Assembly (NCBI GenBank): GCA_964619545.1
Contig: CAZUED010000003.1
Location: 163 to 64,162, forward strand
DNA from: an uncultured Muribaculaceae bacterium
GTDB taxonomy: Bacteria > Pseudomonadota > Alphaproteobacteria > Rs-D84
DNA length: 64,000 bases
Reading direction: 5' to 3'
Below the pieces are notes generated by a model. The model saw only the letters and a program-made list of their open reading frames with translations, made no database searches and was not told where the DNA came from. Made by a program: the position numbers and the translations under genes. This document shows positions 1 to 10,265 of the stretch, piece after piece (the first letter of the stretch is position 1; every line of letters begins with the position of its first letter).

Positions 1-124
1 TTCGTTCTGGTGATTATTGAGCACCAGCCACCCTCTGATCCATTCCGAACCAGACAGGGAAACGATGTATCGCCGATGGTACTTTGGCTTAAGCCACGGA
101 AGAGTAGGTCGTCGCCAGAACGAA
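1..124 (+). rRNA. rrf: 5S rRNA (near-complete; 5' end at or just before the window edge)
   Basis: Helix I pairs 1-12 (ttcgttctggtg) with 113-124 (cgccagaacgaa). Internal motifs ccgaacc, gaaacg and cgccgatggtact match bacterial 5S consensus. Confidence 0.8.
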
Positions 125-160
125 ATTCATAAAGACATGTAAAGCCGAGACAATGAAATA

Positions 161-187
161 CCGCCCCATTTTTGGGGCGTTTTTTTA
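161..187 (+). terminator. Rho-independent terminator after the rRNA operon
   Basis: ccgcccca/tggggcg hairpin followed by a T-run. Confidence 0.6.
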
Positions 188-418
188 TCCGATGTCATTC
201 CTATCACAATAGTTATAAATTTTAGTTATAATTTTTACATGGTTCAAAATAATCCGGACTTAAATTTTCCAAATTATACGGCACAGAATATGCCGCCAAA
301 AAATCCATGTGAAACCTGTTTGTTTTGGGGAATCACATGTAATCAATTAATATGCTCGAATTTCCAAAAATATAAAGAAGATACGAAAAAATTTGCGCTG
401 AGCAATGAAATTTCTCCC

Positions 419-447
419 TTTAACAATTTATATTGATGTGATATAAT
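419..447 (+). promoter_or_regulatory. Sigma70-like promoter for the first Cys-rich secreted protein gene
   Basis: TTTAAC, 17-nt spacer, TATAAT. The predicted TSS (~454) falls just downstream of the ATG at 451, which argues for the ATG at 475 as the real start. Confidence 0.45.
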
Positions 448-474
448 CAGATGAAAGTAGAGAAGGGGTTTTTT

Positions 475-2439
475 ATGAAAAGCCGGTTTTTAGCGTATTT
501 TGTGTTCGCATTTAGCGCTGTTTTTGTATTGCCTGGGGCGGCTGATCCAATTGCTGGATATGGCCAGACTGCGCCTGTTGCAACAACAAGCGCAACACAA
601 TCTCCGCGTGCAACAGGTCAGCGCGGCGGTCGTGCGACCCCCAGCCCCACTGCGGCAGCCAAAGTTGGCGCAACACAATCAGCGTCGCGTAGTGTGTCAT
701 CAAGAAGCGTTGGTGCGCGTGCAACCGCAACATCTGCGCAAAATATAGTTTCGCGTGGCACCAGTTCGCGTACAACAAGCAGTCGCGCGGTACGCGCTCG
801 TACAGCAAGTTCAGCAACAACGGCCAGGGTTTCGCTGACCGGTACCGCAATTCGCGGCAGCAGCACTTCGACCACAACACTTGCTAACAAGCTTTATACC
901 GGGACATATTCTAATATTATTGATCCTACAACCGGTTTAATTTCAGCAGATGCCTACAGCAACTGTCTTGAATCTTATTATGCTTGCATGGATGAAATTT
1001 GTACGGCGCGTAATCCAGGACAACGTCGTTGCGCGTGCGCCGGTCGAGTAAAAACTTTTGCTAATGTAGAAGCGCAATTGCAGACAGCACGTGAAGATTT
1101 ATTAAAAGTTTCGGGACAATTGTCATTATTAATCCTTACCAAGGGCAAGGATGTTACGTCTGCATTTACTTTGACCGAGTCAGAAAAAGTTTTGAATTGC
1201 GTTTCTTGGCGTGATGCCAAAACCGCTGGAAAGACCGATGAATGGTGCGAAAGTCATACCATGCTGTCTGGCACAACAAGTTGCACCAGCTATTCTGGGC
1301 CACCGGCGTTTGTAGCGGAATACTGCTCTAGTAACGATTTTGTTCTGGGTGGATCCGATTGGATGAATGTCTTGAATGGGGCGGATTCTGATATACTTTC
1401 CAGCTTGGAAACCTATGCCAGCACGATAAACCAAGTCAATGTTATTACCACAGATAACACAAACAGCTTGTTCAGTTCATTCATGAATGTCAGCGATATA
1501 GTTGGACAGCTGGACGGCACCGGGAATTTGTTCAGTTCAACAGAAACGGCGCCCGATACTTTGGCCCAGCTGTGGGGGTATAACTTGTTCCAGTACGCCC
1601 ATAACAATGTTTGCAATCGTGTTCTGAATTCTTGCTTTAACGGAATTTATGAAGCATGCGGAAGCAATAACGGAACAACTGGTCCATATAATTATAACAA
1701 TACAATAACTGTTAACAATGATGGATCGGACTTGAATTTTGTTGTTCCAGGATCGTCTTCTTCAACCAGCACGAATACAGCAACTTGCTTTGGTTATACA
1801 AGCAGCAGTGGCGATCCATATTCAACGTTGCGCCGGCCAGTGGCGGATTCGCGCCGCAGCATTTTGCAAAAGTATGCACTGGACGCAAATGCTGATTGCG
1901 ATACGTATGGTGAAGAGTTGAAAAAGCAAGCGACAAATATGGCATATCAAAAGATAGCCGCGACTCAGTACCTGCAGCAAAAGCGTCTTGAATTCGCAAA
2001 TGAAGATGAAACAAATACAACTGCTGAATTAGTTGCTGCCAAAGAGTCTTATCGCAGTTGCGTCAGCGAGGTTTATGATTGCTATGACCAACAGACACGG
2101 ACTAATCCAACCTGGACTGCGGCACGTGTAAAGAACTATTGCTCGCAAAGCGCGGAAGTTCCCAGCTGCTATGAAACGATGGTATGTGATCAAGAAGTTG
2201 GTCGTTTGATTGATGTCGCAGACAGCATAACATGCACAAGTACCCAAGATTGGGCAGCGAACACTTGCCGCAATGTTGTCAGATTGTCAGAAATCTTGAA
2301 TGGCACGGGCGCGGCAGCGGTTTCGACTGGTGCGAACTCGGCAGGTTTGCGCGAGTACTGCTTGCAAAGCACCCCAGGTGTATATGGCGAAGGCAGTATA
2401 CGTGATTTTGGCACCGGCTGGGGTCCAGGAAGTTTATAA
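475..2439 (+). CDS. Large secreted Cys-rich protein, paralog 1. It has a signal peptide, a Ser/Thr/Ala/Arg-rich low-complexity region and a Cys-rich C-terminal region
   Basis: Track ORF 451..2439; start moved to M9, which sits after GAAGGGG and in front of a hydrophobic signal (MKSRFLAYFVFAFSAVFVLPGAA). Shares the motif C-x6-C-M-D-x2-C-x8-R-C-x-C with the next gene. Confidence 0.75.
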   Translation: MKSRFLAYFVFAFSAVFVLPGAADPIAGYGQTAPVATTSATQSPRATGQRGGRATPSPTAAAKVGATQSASRSVSSRSVGARATATSAQNIVSRGTSSRTTSSRAVRARTASSATTARVSLTGTAIRGSSTSTTTLANKLYTGTYSNIIDPTTGLISADAYSNCLESYYACMDEICTARNPGQRRCACAGRVKTFANVEAQLQTAREDLLKVSGQLSLLILTKGKDVTSAFTLTESEKVLNCVSWRDAKTAGKTDEWCESHTMLSGTTSCTSYSGPPAFVAEYCSSNDFVLGGSDWMNVLNGADSDILSSLETYASTINQVNVITTDNTNSLFSSFMNVSDIVGQLDGTGNLFSSTETAPDTLAQLWGYNLFQYAHNNVCNRVLNSCFNGIYEACGSNNGTTGPYNYNNTITVNNDGSDLNFVVPGSSSSTSTNTATCFGYTSSSGDPYSTLRRPVADSRRSILQKYALDANADCDTYGEELKKQATNMAYQKIAATQYLQQKRLEFANEDETNTTAELVAAKESYRSCVSEVYDCYDQQTRTNPTWTAARVKNYCSQSAEVPSCYETMVCDQEVGRLIDVADSITCTSTQDWAANTCRNVVRLSEILNGTGAAAVSTGANSAGLREYCLQSTPGVYGEGSIRDFGTGWGPGSL

Positions 2440-2460
2440 AGCACAAGGCGTAGATAATAA

Positions 2461-4704
2461 ATGAATAAAAATTCCAGATTTTGCAAAAAGTTTGGTGCAT
2501 GTTTATCTATGCCTTATGCTGTTTTTTTGATGTTCTGCATGGGTATAGCTGATGCAGCTGAAGTAAGTCGTGCACTTCCCGGAAAACAAGTTGCTATTTC
2601 AACGACATTCCAAAATCAGATACAATCCGAAGATGAAGTACCGGTGATAGAGCCCGGACAAGTTTCTGTACCCATATCGGTTTCACGTACGGCAGCATTG
2701 CCTGCACAAAGAAGTCAAAATGAAATAAGATCACGCACAGCGGCGACAGCTGTTCCACGCGATGCACTGAATGAAGCTGCGCGCCAAGTTGGACGCAGCG
2801 CCAAGGCCGAGGCAGCAAGTATGAATGCAACGGCACCAGTTCGTCGTGCGGGGATTTCTTTACGTCCGACAGCTGCCGAGGTTGGCGGCCGTGCAGCAGT
2901 TGTTACAGCTGGTACAACTACAGCTTCAAGTGTCAGCGCGGCAAGTCGTAGATTAACTTCACGTGCTGCAACTACAGGTCCCGATACAGCTGGGATTGAC
3001 GATACAATAGCTGTGACGGAATCATGCCAAGCGCAATATACCGACTGCATGGATCAGTTCTGCGCTGTCATTGATGCCAACCAAAAAAGATGCAGCTGCA
3101 GTAATCGTCTTTCTTCTTATTCGCGTGTAGAAACATCTGTAAAAGAAGCAAACAATCAGCTGAATGACGTCGCACAACGCATACGCTATGTGGGATTGTC
3201 TGCGGATGAAATTAGTGCGATTATGAGCGCGACCGAGGCTGAGATTGCATTACAAAATACCCGTGATACAACAGAATCACGGAATATGCTGGATGAAATT
3301 GAAAATCTTATTCGTTCGCCGGAAAATGTTGTTGCGCAAAGTTCTTCATCAACGATTGATTTGGACTTGAGTTTTGATGCAGAGGCTGATCCCATGGAGT
3401 TGTTTAATCTTTCCGGATCATCAACAGGGTCATTTTCTAATTTGCGTGGAACGGATTTGCTAAATGCCGCAAAAAAACGTTGCCAATCTGTGCTGACATC
3501 ATGCAAAGCCAAAGGTGCAAACGTCAATCAAATTACAGGTCGGTATGAAATAGAGATAGATAAAGACTGCATAACATATGAAAAAGGTCTGGAAAAGATG
3601 AATCAGACCTTGCGCACAAATGTTCGCAGTGCAACACAAATGTTGCAAAAGGCAAGACTTGCTGTGCTTGAAAATCATAACTCTTACGACGCCAAGGGTT
3701 GTGTTGGTGCTTTGGAACAATGCATGCACGACGAAATGGTTTGCGGAAGCGACTATTCTAAATGCCTTGATCCGACTAAACGCTTTATAGACGAAAGCGG
3801 AAAAGTAGTTTTGGGTCAAAATATTTCCATGATAAGAAACATTATGGCGAATTTTGATAATTCTATAATAGACGAGTCGTTTATAGGTTCAGCATGGGCA
3901 ATGTCGGGAATGTCTGGTTGTGATCAGGCACCAAATAATAATGGCAAATGCATTGTGAAGTATTTGTTGGGAAAAATCGGAATGGGCGAAGATAGCAGCT
4001 CTGGTTTGTGTCGCCCGGTTTTAGACAAGTGTCAAAAACAAACGTATGATGGCCGCGGCAAATATAATCCGAAAAACGCAATAGTCGTGGGCTATATACA
4101 GCGCGCAATGACTAATATTCGTGCTGCCCAGGAAAATATAATTTCAGATTACGCATCGACATGTATGGCGGAAATTGCAACTTGCTATTCCAAGCAGGTT
4201 ACGCAAATCAATGCATGGTCATCAAATGCCAACGTTCAGAATGTGTATTCAGTTCTGAAAGGCGCATGTCGTAATGTTGCACTGACATGCAGCTATGCGG
4301 TTTTCTCGGCCGACCAAACTGTGAATGGTTGCCCAATAACCAGCAATGATATGGCTGGAACCGATGGTGATAGGCAAAGCAAATGTATAGAAAACATTTC
4401 GGATATATTCTATCAATCAATGTTGTGTCCAGATTATTCGACATGGGTCCCGGCACAGACAGGTGCTATCGCAGGCACTATGTATCCTTATTCGCCCGAT
4501 ACACCGATCAGAGTGCATGTTAACGAGCGCTGTGTATGCCAATCAGGATATGGCGTAAATGCGGGTAGTTGTGAACAATGCCCGACCGGATACGCATTCA
4601 ATGCAAATTGCACTTATGCCAGTGCATCCCAAGGTTGTCCGATTATAGGATGCGGTTGCCCAGCGGGTACGACTTGGAATACGACTGCATCTGCGTGCCA
4701 ATAA
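2461..4704 (+). CDS. Large secreted Cys-rich protein, paralog 2, with an EGF/furin-like Cys-rich C-terminus
   Basis: 747-aa ORF with an N-terminal hydrophobic signal and an Arg/Ser/Thr/Ala-rich region. It has the same CxxYxxCMDxxC...RCxC core as paralog 1. The C-terminal end reads CVCQSGYG...CEQCPTGY...CPIIGCGCPAG. Confidence 0.75.
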   Translation: MNKNSRFCKKFGACLSMPYAVFLMFCMGIADAAEVSRALPGKQVAISTTFQNQIQSEDEVPVIEPGQVSVPISVSRTAALPAQRSQNEIRSRTAATAVPRDALNEAARQVGRSAKAEAASMNATAPVRRAGISLRPTAAEVGGRAAVVTAGTTTASSVSAASRRLTSRAATTGPDTAGIDDTIAVTESCQAQYTDCMDQFCAVIDANQKRCSCSNRLSSYSRVETSVKEANNQLNDVAQRIRYVGLSADEISAIMSATEAEIALQNTRDTTESRNMLDEIENLIRSPENVVAQSSSSTIDLDLSFDAEADPMELFNLSGSSTGSFSNLRGTDLLNAAKKRCQSVLTSCKAKGANVNQITGRYEIEIDKDCITYEKGLEKMNQTLRTNVRSATQMLQKARLAVLENHNSYDAKGCVGALEQCMHDEMVCGSDYSKCLDPTKRFIDESGKVVLGQNISMIRNIMANFDNSIIDESFIGSAWAMSGMSGCDQAPNNNGKCIVKYLLGKIGMGEDSSSGLCRPVLDKCQKQTYDGRGKYNPKNAIVVGYIQRAMTNIRAAQENIISDYASTCMAEIATCYSKQVTQINAWSSNANVQNVYSVLKGACRNVALTCSYAVFSADQTVNGCPITSNDMAGTDGDRQSKCIENISDIFYQSMLCPDYSTWVPAQTGAIAGTMYPYSPDTPIRVHVNERCVCQSGYGVNAGSCEQCPTGYAFNANCTYASASQGCPIIGCGCPAGTTWNTTASACQ

Positions 4705-4763
4705 AACCCTTGAAAATCGTGTGGTATTTGCTATGCTTTTCCTATTAAAAGGAAGAAAGCATA

Positions 4764-6308
4764 ATGAGTCAAGCATACGCCGTTCTGGCGCGAAAATACC
4801 GCAGTCAAGATTTTGCCAGTCTGATTGGACAGGACGTTCTTGTTAAAACCCTTACTACAGCAATCAATACAGACCGAATCGCGCATGCGTATATTTTTAC
4901 GGGCATTCGTGGAACTGGGAAAACCAGCACCGCTCGCATTCTGGCCAAGGCGCTGAATTGTTTAAGCGCAAATAAAGCAACCGCTGCCCCATGTGGTGTA
5001 TGTGAAAATTGCAAAGCGATTGCTGCCGGTCAGCATATTGATGTTTTGGAAATTGACGCAGCATCGCACACTGGTGTTGATAATATGCGCGACATTTTGG
5101 ATGCAGCCCAGTATCGTCCAACTAATGGCAGATACAAGGTTTACATTATCGACGAAGTGCATATGCTTTCAACCAGTGCATTTAATGCATTATTAAAAAC
5201 TCTGGAAGAGCCGCCCGAGCATGTTATTTTTATTCTGGCGACGACAGAAATACGAAAAGTTCCTGTAACTATTCTTTCCAGATGCCAACGATTTGATCTT
5301 GTACGTGTTTCAGTCGAAACACTTAAGAAACATTTTGCTTGGATTGCCCAGTCGGAAAAAGTGAATTTGACAGATGGTGCAAACGAATTGTTGTCGCGTG
5401 CAGCAGATGGTTCAGTTCGTGATGGTCTGTCTTTATTGGATCAAGCAATTGCGCAAACAGGCGGCAATGTGGATGAGGCTGCAGTGCTGTCCATGTTAAA
5501 ACGCGCGGACCGCGGCGTGGTCGTTGATTTTATGCAGACATTACTGTCGGGCGATGTTGCGGCCGCAATAGACAAGGCGGACTCTTTGTATGCTAATGGC
5601 GCGGATTTATCAATGTTGCTTACTGACATGATGGAATGGACGCACTGGGCGACTCGTATGCACCCCAGCTTGCATGCAGGTGATGCAGCTGCAATTCCAT
5701 ATACGGCTGATCAAAAAGAACAAATAAGAAAAATTAACGAAACGACTAGCCTGAATACTTTGTCGCGCATATGGCAAGTAATGGTTGCCAGTGTACCTGA
5801 AATGCAGACTGCTGGGAATCAAAAGCAATGCTTTGATATGCTGGTTGTTCGTTTAATGCGTGTTGCTGATATGCCGCCCATCAACGAATTAGTAAAGCAA
5901 ACAGCAACGTCTGCACCCCAAGCAAAACAGCAGATACATAAAGTTCCAGCAAAAGACAATGCATTTATAAAAATTTCAACGCCAATTGAACTTTCTGGCG
6001 CCCTTTCTGATGCCAAAGAACCTTTGTTAATGACTCATTGGGCAAATAATGTAGAGGTTGCAGAATTTTCAGATGGGCAAATTAAGTTTTTTGATCGTAA
6101 TGATGATCGTGATTTCCCTACAAAATTGCGTGATTTTTTACGTACCAAAACCGGCAAAGAATGGATTTTGGAAAAGATAGAACCAGAGCAGAAAAATCAG
6201 CCCATGCAAACCCCGACCGAGGCACAGCGCGCAGAACTTGAAGCCGATCCTGTGGTTGCAAACGCGCTGGATTTATTTGCTGGTGCCGAAATTATTTCGG
6301 TAAAATAA
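4764..6308 (+). CDS. dnaX: DNA polymerase III subunit tau/gamma
   Basis: Walker A (GIRGTGKTS), the clamp-loader Zn motif (CGVCENC) and SRC and DEVH motifs. Confidence 0.95.
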   Translation: MSQAYAVLARKYRSQDFASLIGQDVLVKTLTTAINTDRIAHAYIFTGIRGTGKTSTARILAKALNCLSANKATAAPCGVCENCKAIAAGQHIDVLEIDAASHTGVDNMRDILDAAQYRPTNGRYKVYIIDEVHMLSTSAFNALLKTLEEPPEHVIFILATTEIRKVPVTILSRCQRFDLVRVSVETLKKHFAWIAQSEKVNLTDGANELLSRAADGSVRDGLSLLDQAIAQTGGNVDEAAVLSMLKRADRGVVVDFMQTLLSGDVAAAIDKADSLYANGADLSMLLTDMMEWTHWATRMHPSLHAGDAAAIPYTADQKEQIRKINETTSLNTLSRIWQVMVASVPEMQTAGNQKQCFDMLVVRLMRVADMPPINELVKQTATSAPQAKQQIHKVPAKDNAFIKISTPIELSGALSDAKEPLLMTHWANNVEVAEFSDGQIKFFDRNDDRDFPTKLRDFLRTKTGKEWILEKIEPEQKNQPMQTPTEAQRAELEADPVVANALDLFAGAEIISVK

Positions 6309-6318
6309 GGAGAGAAAA

Positions 6319-6777
6319 ATGAGAGAGCAATGCGGACGCAGCCTGATTGAAATGCTTGGAGTGCTGGCCATCGCAGGTGTTATGACCGCTGGTGCAATTG
6401 CTATGTATAACATTGTGCGCACCCGACAGATTCGGATGGTGGCGACCCAAGATATGAAAACAATCGCAAATAATACAAAGCTGTTGTATGCCGCGCGCCG
6501 TGATTATACCGGCATATCCGCAGATTATTTGGTTAAGGCTGGCGCAATGCGCAATGAAAAATCTCCTTTGGCTGGCGCTCAGTTTTCTATTTCTGCAAGT
6601 CCAGGCCCCAAGGAATTCGCAATGGTTTTTGCAGAATTAAATTTTAATGATTGCTCTTGGCTTGCGACGCAGAATTTTGATTGGGCGGACAGAATTAGTG
6701 TGAATGGGTATTTTGAGTCCGCATCGACTTATTGTCGTCAGATGGATAAAAATGAAGTTGCGGTTTGGGTGAAATAA
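6319..6777 (+). CDS. Type IV pilin-like / pseudopilin protein (prepilin-type N-terminus)
   Basis: G|RSLIEMLGVLAIAGVMTAG fits the class III signal, with Glu at +5 and a hydrophobic helix. There is a C-terminal Cys pair. Confidence 0.55.
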   Translation: MREQCGRSLIEMLGVLAIAGVMTAGAIAMYNIVRTRQIRMVATQDMKTIANNTKLLYAARRDYTGISADYLVKAGAMRNEKSPLAGAQFSISASPGPKEFAMVFAELNFNDCSWLATQNFDWADRISVNGYFESASTYCRQMDKNEVAVWVK

Positions 6778-6826
6778 AAATTAAAGAGCAAAGAGTTCCA
6801 CGGTACATTAATATAAAAGATAAGCT

Positions 6827-7546
6827 ATGAAAGTAAAACTGAAATGTTTTTATAAAACTTCATTTGCAAATTGCTCGTTGCTCTTTTCTCTTTGCGCATT
6901 TTTAAGTGGTTGTGTCACATATCAAACGCCGCCGCGCAATGATTGGCCGATTATTTTACGTGGCGCGACCTTCTCTGAAATGACCGATACTATGAAAATT
7001 GCAAAGCGACCCGTTTTTATTGGTGGTGGTGGAAAAATAATAAACAAAGATGCCGGGCCAGAAAATATAAGTCAATATGGTAAAGAGCCCACGCCAACAG
7101 ACATTAGTCCAGCAGTATTAAAGTATATGGCTTCGCTGGAATATGAGTTATATGATTCTTTATTAAAACCGGGAATCCAGGTTCAGCGCGTGGGCACCGA
7201 TGTTGTTTTATTGCTGACACGTGATTCGTTTATGTATTTGGACGCACCAGAAGTTTCGGATGATGGTGAAGATACATTGAAAATCGTTGCAAAAATACTG
7301 AAAAAATATGATGCTACGTTTATGGAAATTTCGGGTTATACCGATGCAACAATAGACAAGAATGCGGCATCTGCACTTTCGTTGGATATGGCGCAAAGGG
7401 TTGGAATTTTTATGGCAAACCATGATATAAACCCTGCACGTATGTTTATTGTTGGTCGGGGCGCTGCACGTCCTATTGCGGCCCAAGATGATACAGGTCG
7501 GCGCATGAATCGGCGCGTTGAAATCAGATTGTCGCCAGCAAGATAG
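6827..7546 (+). CDS. OmpA-family peptidoglycan-associated lipoprotein
   Basis: Lipobox LSGC plus a C-terminal OmpA_C domain (SGYTD...NRRVEI). Confidence 0.8.
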   Translation: MKVKLKCFYKTSFANCSLLFSLCAFLSGCVTYQTPPRNDWPIILRGATFSEMTDTMKIAKRPVFIGGGGKIINKDAGPENISQYGKEPTPTDISPAVLKYMASLEYELYDSLLKPGIQVQRVGTDVVLLLTRDSFMYLDAPEVSDDGEDTLKIVAKILKKYDATFMEISGYTDATIDKNAASALSLDMAQRVGIFMANHDINPARMFIVGRGAARPIAAQDDTGRRMNRRVEIRLSPAR

Positions 7547-7613
7547 CAAATTTTCTGATTGAAATTTATTTTTTATGGATTACAATTAGCAAAGAAAACA
7601 AAAAGGAAGGAAA

Positions 7614-8273
7614 ATGAAAAACCAAAAACCGCTTCCAAAAAAAGCGAAAAACTACAAGAAAATTGGTCTTATCGCTGCTGTGGTTGTCGCCGTGGCTGCA
7701 TTGGGATTTTGGGCTGTTCGGTATTTTACCGCACCGATTTCAATTGAAAAAGCAATCGAGCATGTTTCAACTGAAGCGGTAAGCGGCAGCGACCTGCGTA
7801 TTGCGGTCGTACGTATGGATGCAATTCAGACCCAAGCAAAAGTTTTGGCCGATTTGCATAAACAACGCGAATCTTATGAGAATAAGCTGCGTGATGAATT
7901 GTCAAATCGTCAGAAAGAGCTAGAAAATGAAAAGGCAGAAATAGAAAAATCGCAAGATGTTCTTTCACGTGAAGCTTTACAAAAACGCGTTTCTGATTAT
8001 CAGCAGAAAGTTTCAAAGTTGCAGCAAGATTTGACTACTCGCGCCCAGGCAATAGATGCATCTTTCCAGAAAGCATTGGCCAAGGTACAAAGCGAACATC
8101 TGGATCCGATAATTGACGCTGTTATTACAAAAAAGAACTTGTCATTGGTTATTGATGGCCGTTTGGCTCGCACAGGCGGAGAAATCAAGAATCTGGACAT
8201 TACGGATGACATAGTGATTGCTTTGGATAAAAGAATCCCAAGCGTCAAAATGGAAACTCCAAAAGGGTTCTAA
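7614..8273 (+). CDS. skp: Periplasmic chaperone Skp/OmpH-like
   Basis: N-terminal hydrophobic signal/anchor, a coiled-coil body, and a position upstream of lpxD. Confidence 0.7.
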   Translation: MKNQKPLPKKAKNYKKIGLIAAVVVAVAALGFWAVRYFTAPISIEKAIEHVSTEAVSGSDLRIAVVRMDAIQTQAKVLADLHKQRESYENKLRDELSNRQKELENEKAEIEKSQDVLSREALQKRVSDYQQKVSKLQQDLTTRAQAIDASFQKALAKVQSEHLDPIIDAVITKKNLSLVIDGRLARTGGEIKNLDITDDIVIALDKRIPSVKMETPKGF

Positions 8274-8403
8274 AATAGTTCTGAATTAAATCGCCGCAAT
8301 CGCGGCGATTTTTTTAATATAAAAATGTTTTGTAAAAAACTTTGATTTTGTTGATTTTGCCTTTCTACTTTTGCCTTTTGTTTTTTTGTGTTATAATTCA
8401 CCT

Positions 8404-9147
8404 ATGAAAAAGTTTTTTGCTTCATTGTTTGTTATTAGTTTTTCATTGCTGTTCATGGCGCCTGTGCGTGCATCAGATGCCCCGGATTTCAAGATTTACG
8501 AAGACGTTTCCATAAATAATCAGCCAAAATCCATGCCAGAAATAGAGGAATTATTTCTTAATCCCCGTGCCCAGACAGAAAATCTTTGGGCTGCCGGAAA
8601 AAATTCAATGTTAGAAATTTCTTATACTGGTTGCCCATTTCATACAATTCGTGAATGCCTGATTTGGAAGCGTAAACCAGTAATAATGGAAACAATCCCA
8701 TTGCCAACGCGGCATATTAAAAAAACTGATGATTATCAAACCGCATTGGTAAAAAGGTACGAGGCTCTGATGCAGGCAGCCAGATCTTGTTGCACTGCCG
8801 GCATGGAGAACAAGTTGATAAATTCTGGCGCATCCGCTGGTTTGATTTATAAATTTATGGTTGATGATGCAAACTTTTACGGATTTGGGGATAGATGCTT
8901 GATGATAACAGATGAAGAACTGCAAGAAAACTATTCTGGGACTGCAACCGCAAGGGCGGTGATGGGTGTTCGTGATACATGCCTGTGTCAGCGGCGGGAT
9001 TATTTTGATGCACTACTGGCGCCATTTGACGATTTTCCAGACGAAGAGTATAATTATACTTATCAAGATGGATTGAAGCGCGAGGTAAATGTTTCAATCA
9101 GCAATGATGTACGTGCAGTCAAAGAAATTTTGACACGCTGCCTATAA
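8404..9147 (+). CDS. Secreted Cys-containing hypothetical protein inserted between skp and lpxD
   Basis: Track ORF 8371..9147; the signal peptide starts at M12 (MKKFFASLFVISFSLLFMAPVRA). Ten Cys residues. Confidence 0.55.
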   Translation: MKKFFASLFVISFSLLFMAPVRASDAPDFKIYEDVSINNQPKSMPEIEELFLNPRAQTENLWAAGKNSMLEISYTGCPFHTIRECLIWKRKPVIMETIPLPTRHIKKTDDYQTALVKRYEALMQAARSCCTAGMENKLINSGASAGLIYKFMVDDANFYGFGDRCLMITDEELQENYSGTATARAVMGVRDTCLCQRRDYFDALLAPFDDFPDEEYNYTYQDGLKREVNVSISNDVRAVKEILTRCL

Positions 9148-9215
9148 AAAAGTTAATAATCACTACATTTCCAATAAACTTGCACTGACAATTTCTGTGT
9201 GGTATTATTTCAATC

Positions 9216-10265
9216 ATGAAAAAACTAATACAATTTTTGTTCGGCCAATGTGCTGAAAAAACTACTGCCGGTGCGCTGGCTAAGAAATTTGGCATGGAGC
9301 TGCATGGTAATGCTTCGGTTCCAGTTCGTGGTGTTGCGCCTATTGCGGATGCAAAGCCCGGTGACTTGGCATTCTATTCAACCGAGAGAAATTCCGAAGC
9401 ATTCAAGATTTTACCGATTGAAACATTAAAAAATACCAAGGCATCGGTAATATTGGTACAAAAAGAAAATGTGAAATTTGCCCCAAAATGTGCAACTTTG
9501 CTGCTGACCGACAGCCCTCGCGCAAACATTATAAAAATCATAGGTGAAATTTATAAAGAAAAACCGCGACTGGGTGTTCATTGGGCTGCTAATATAGAGC
9601 ATGGGGTATTTTTCCGTAAACGCCGAAGTGTTTATGTTAGTCAGTTTGCAACTATTGAAAAGGGTGCGGTGATAGAACAGGGGGTGAAAATTTATCCGGG
9701 GGCTTTCATCGGTCGCGGTGTGGTGCTGGGGACTGGAACAATCGTTCATACTGGTGCACATATTGAAAATGCCACCATTGGTGCGAATTGTGTAATTCAC
9801 AGCGGTGCTGTTATTGGCAAGGAAGGATTTGGATATACGCGTCAAAATGGTAAGAATGTATTTATTCCGCACGTTGGTCGCGTGGTTATCGGGGATCGCG
9901 TTTCTGTTGGTGCAAATTCTTGCATAGATCGCGGAATGATGACAGATACAACCATTGGGGCTGGAACAAAGATTGATAACTTGATTCAGATTGCGCATGG
10001 CGTTGTTATAGGTCAAGAGTGTTTTTTAGCCGCAGGCGTTGGTCTGGCCGGTGGGGTTGTAATTGGCGACAGGGCAATGATTGGCGGTCATGTTGGAATT
10101 GCCAATGGTGTTAAAGTTGGTGATGATGCTGAAATAGGCGCGCAAAGTGGTGTTTTTCGCGATATTCCAGCGGGCGAGCGTCATATGGGCTATCCCGCAG
10201 TTCCGGGGATGGAATTTATGCGCGCTCATGCATGGGTCAAGAAAAACATGAGGGATAAGAAATGA
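9216..10265 (+). CDS. lpxD: UDP-3-O-acylglucosamine N-acyltransferase
   Basis: Left-handed beta-helix hexapeptide repeats and an LpxD N-terminal region. Overlaps fabZ by 4 nt. Confidence 0.95.
   Translation: MKKLIQFLFGQCAEKTTAGALAKKFGMELHGNASVPVRGVAPIADAKPGDLAFYSTERNSEAFKILPIETLKNTKASVILVQKENVKFAPKCATLLLTDSPRANIIKIIGEIYKEKPRLGVHWAANIEHGVFFRKRRSVYVSQFATIEKGAVIEQGVKIYPGAFIGRGVVLGTGTIVHTGAHIENATIGANCVIHSGAVIGKEGFGYTRQNGKNVFIPHVGRVVIGDRVSVGANSCIDRGMMTDTTIGAGTKIDNLIQIAHGVVIGQECFLAAGVGLAGGVVIGDRAMIGGHVGIANGVKVGDDAEIGAQSGVFRDIPAGERHMGYPAVPGMEFMRAHAWVKKNMRDKK

Noticed and set aside
239-436. 65-aa ORF between the rRNA terminator and the first Cys-rich gene
   Set aside because: It overlaps the predicted promoter, has no RBS and has low-complexity AT-rich coding. 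It is more likely a leader or promoter region.
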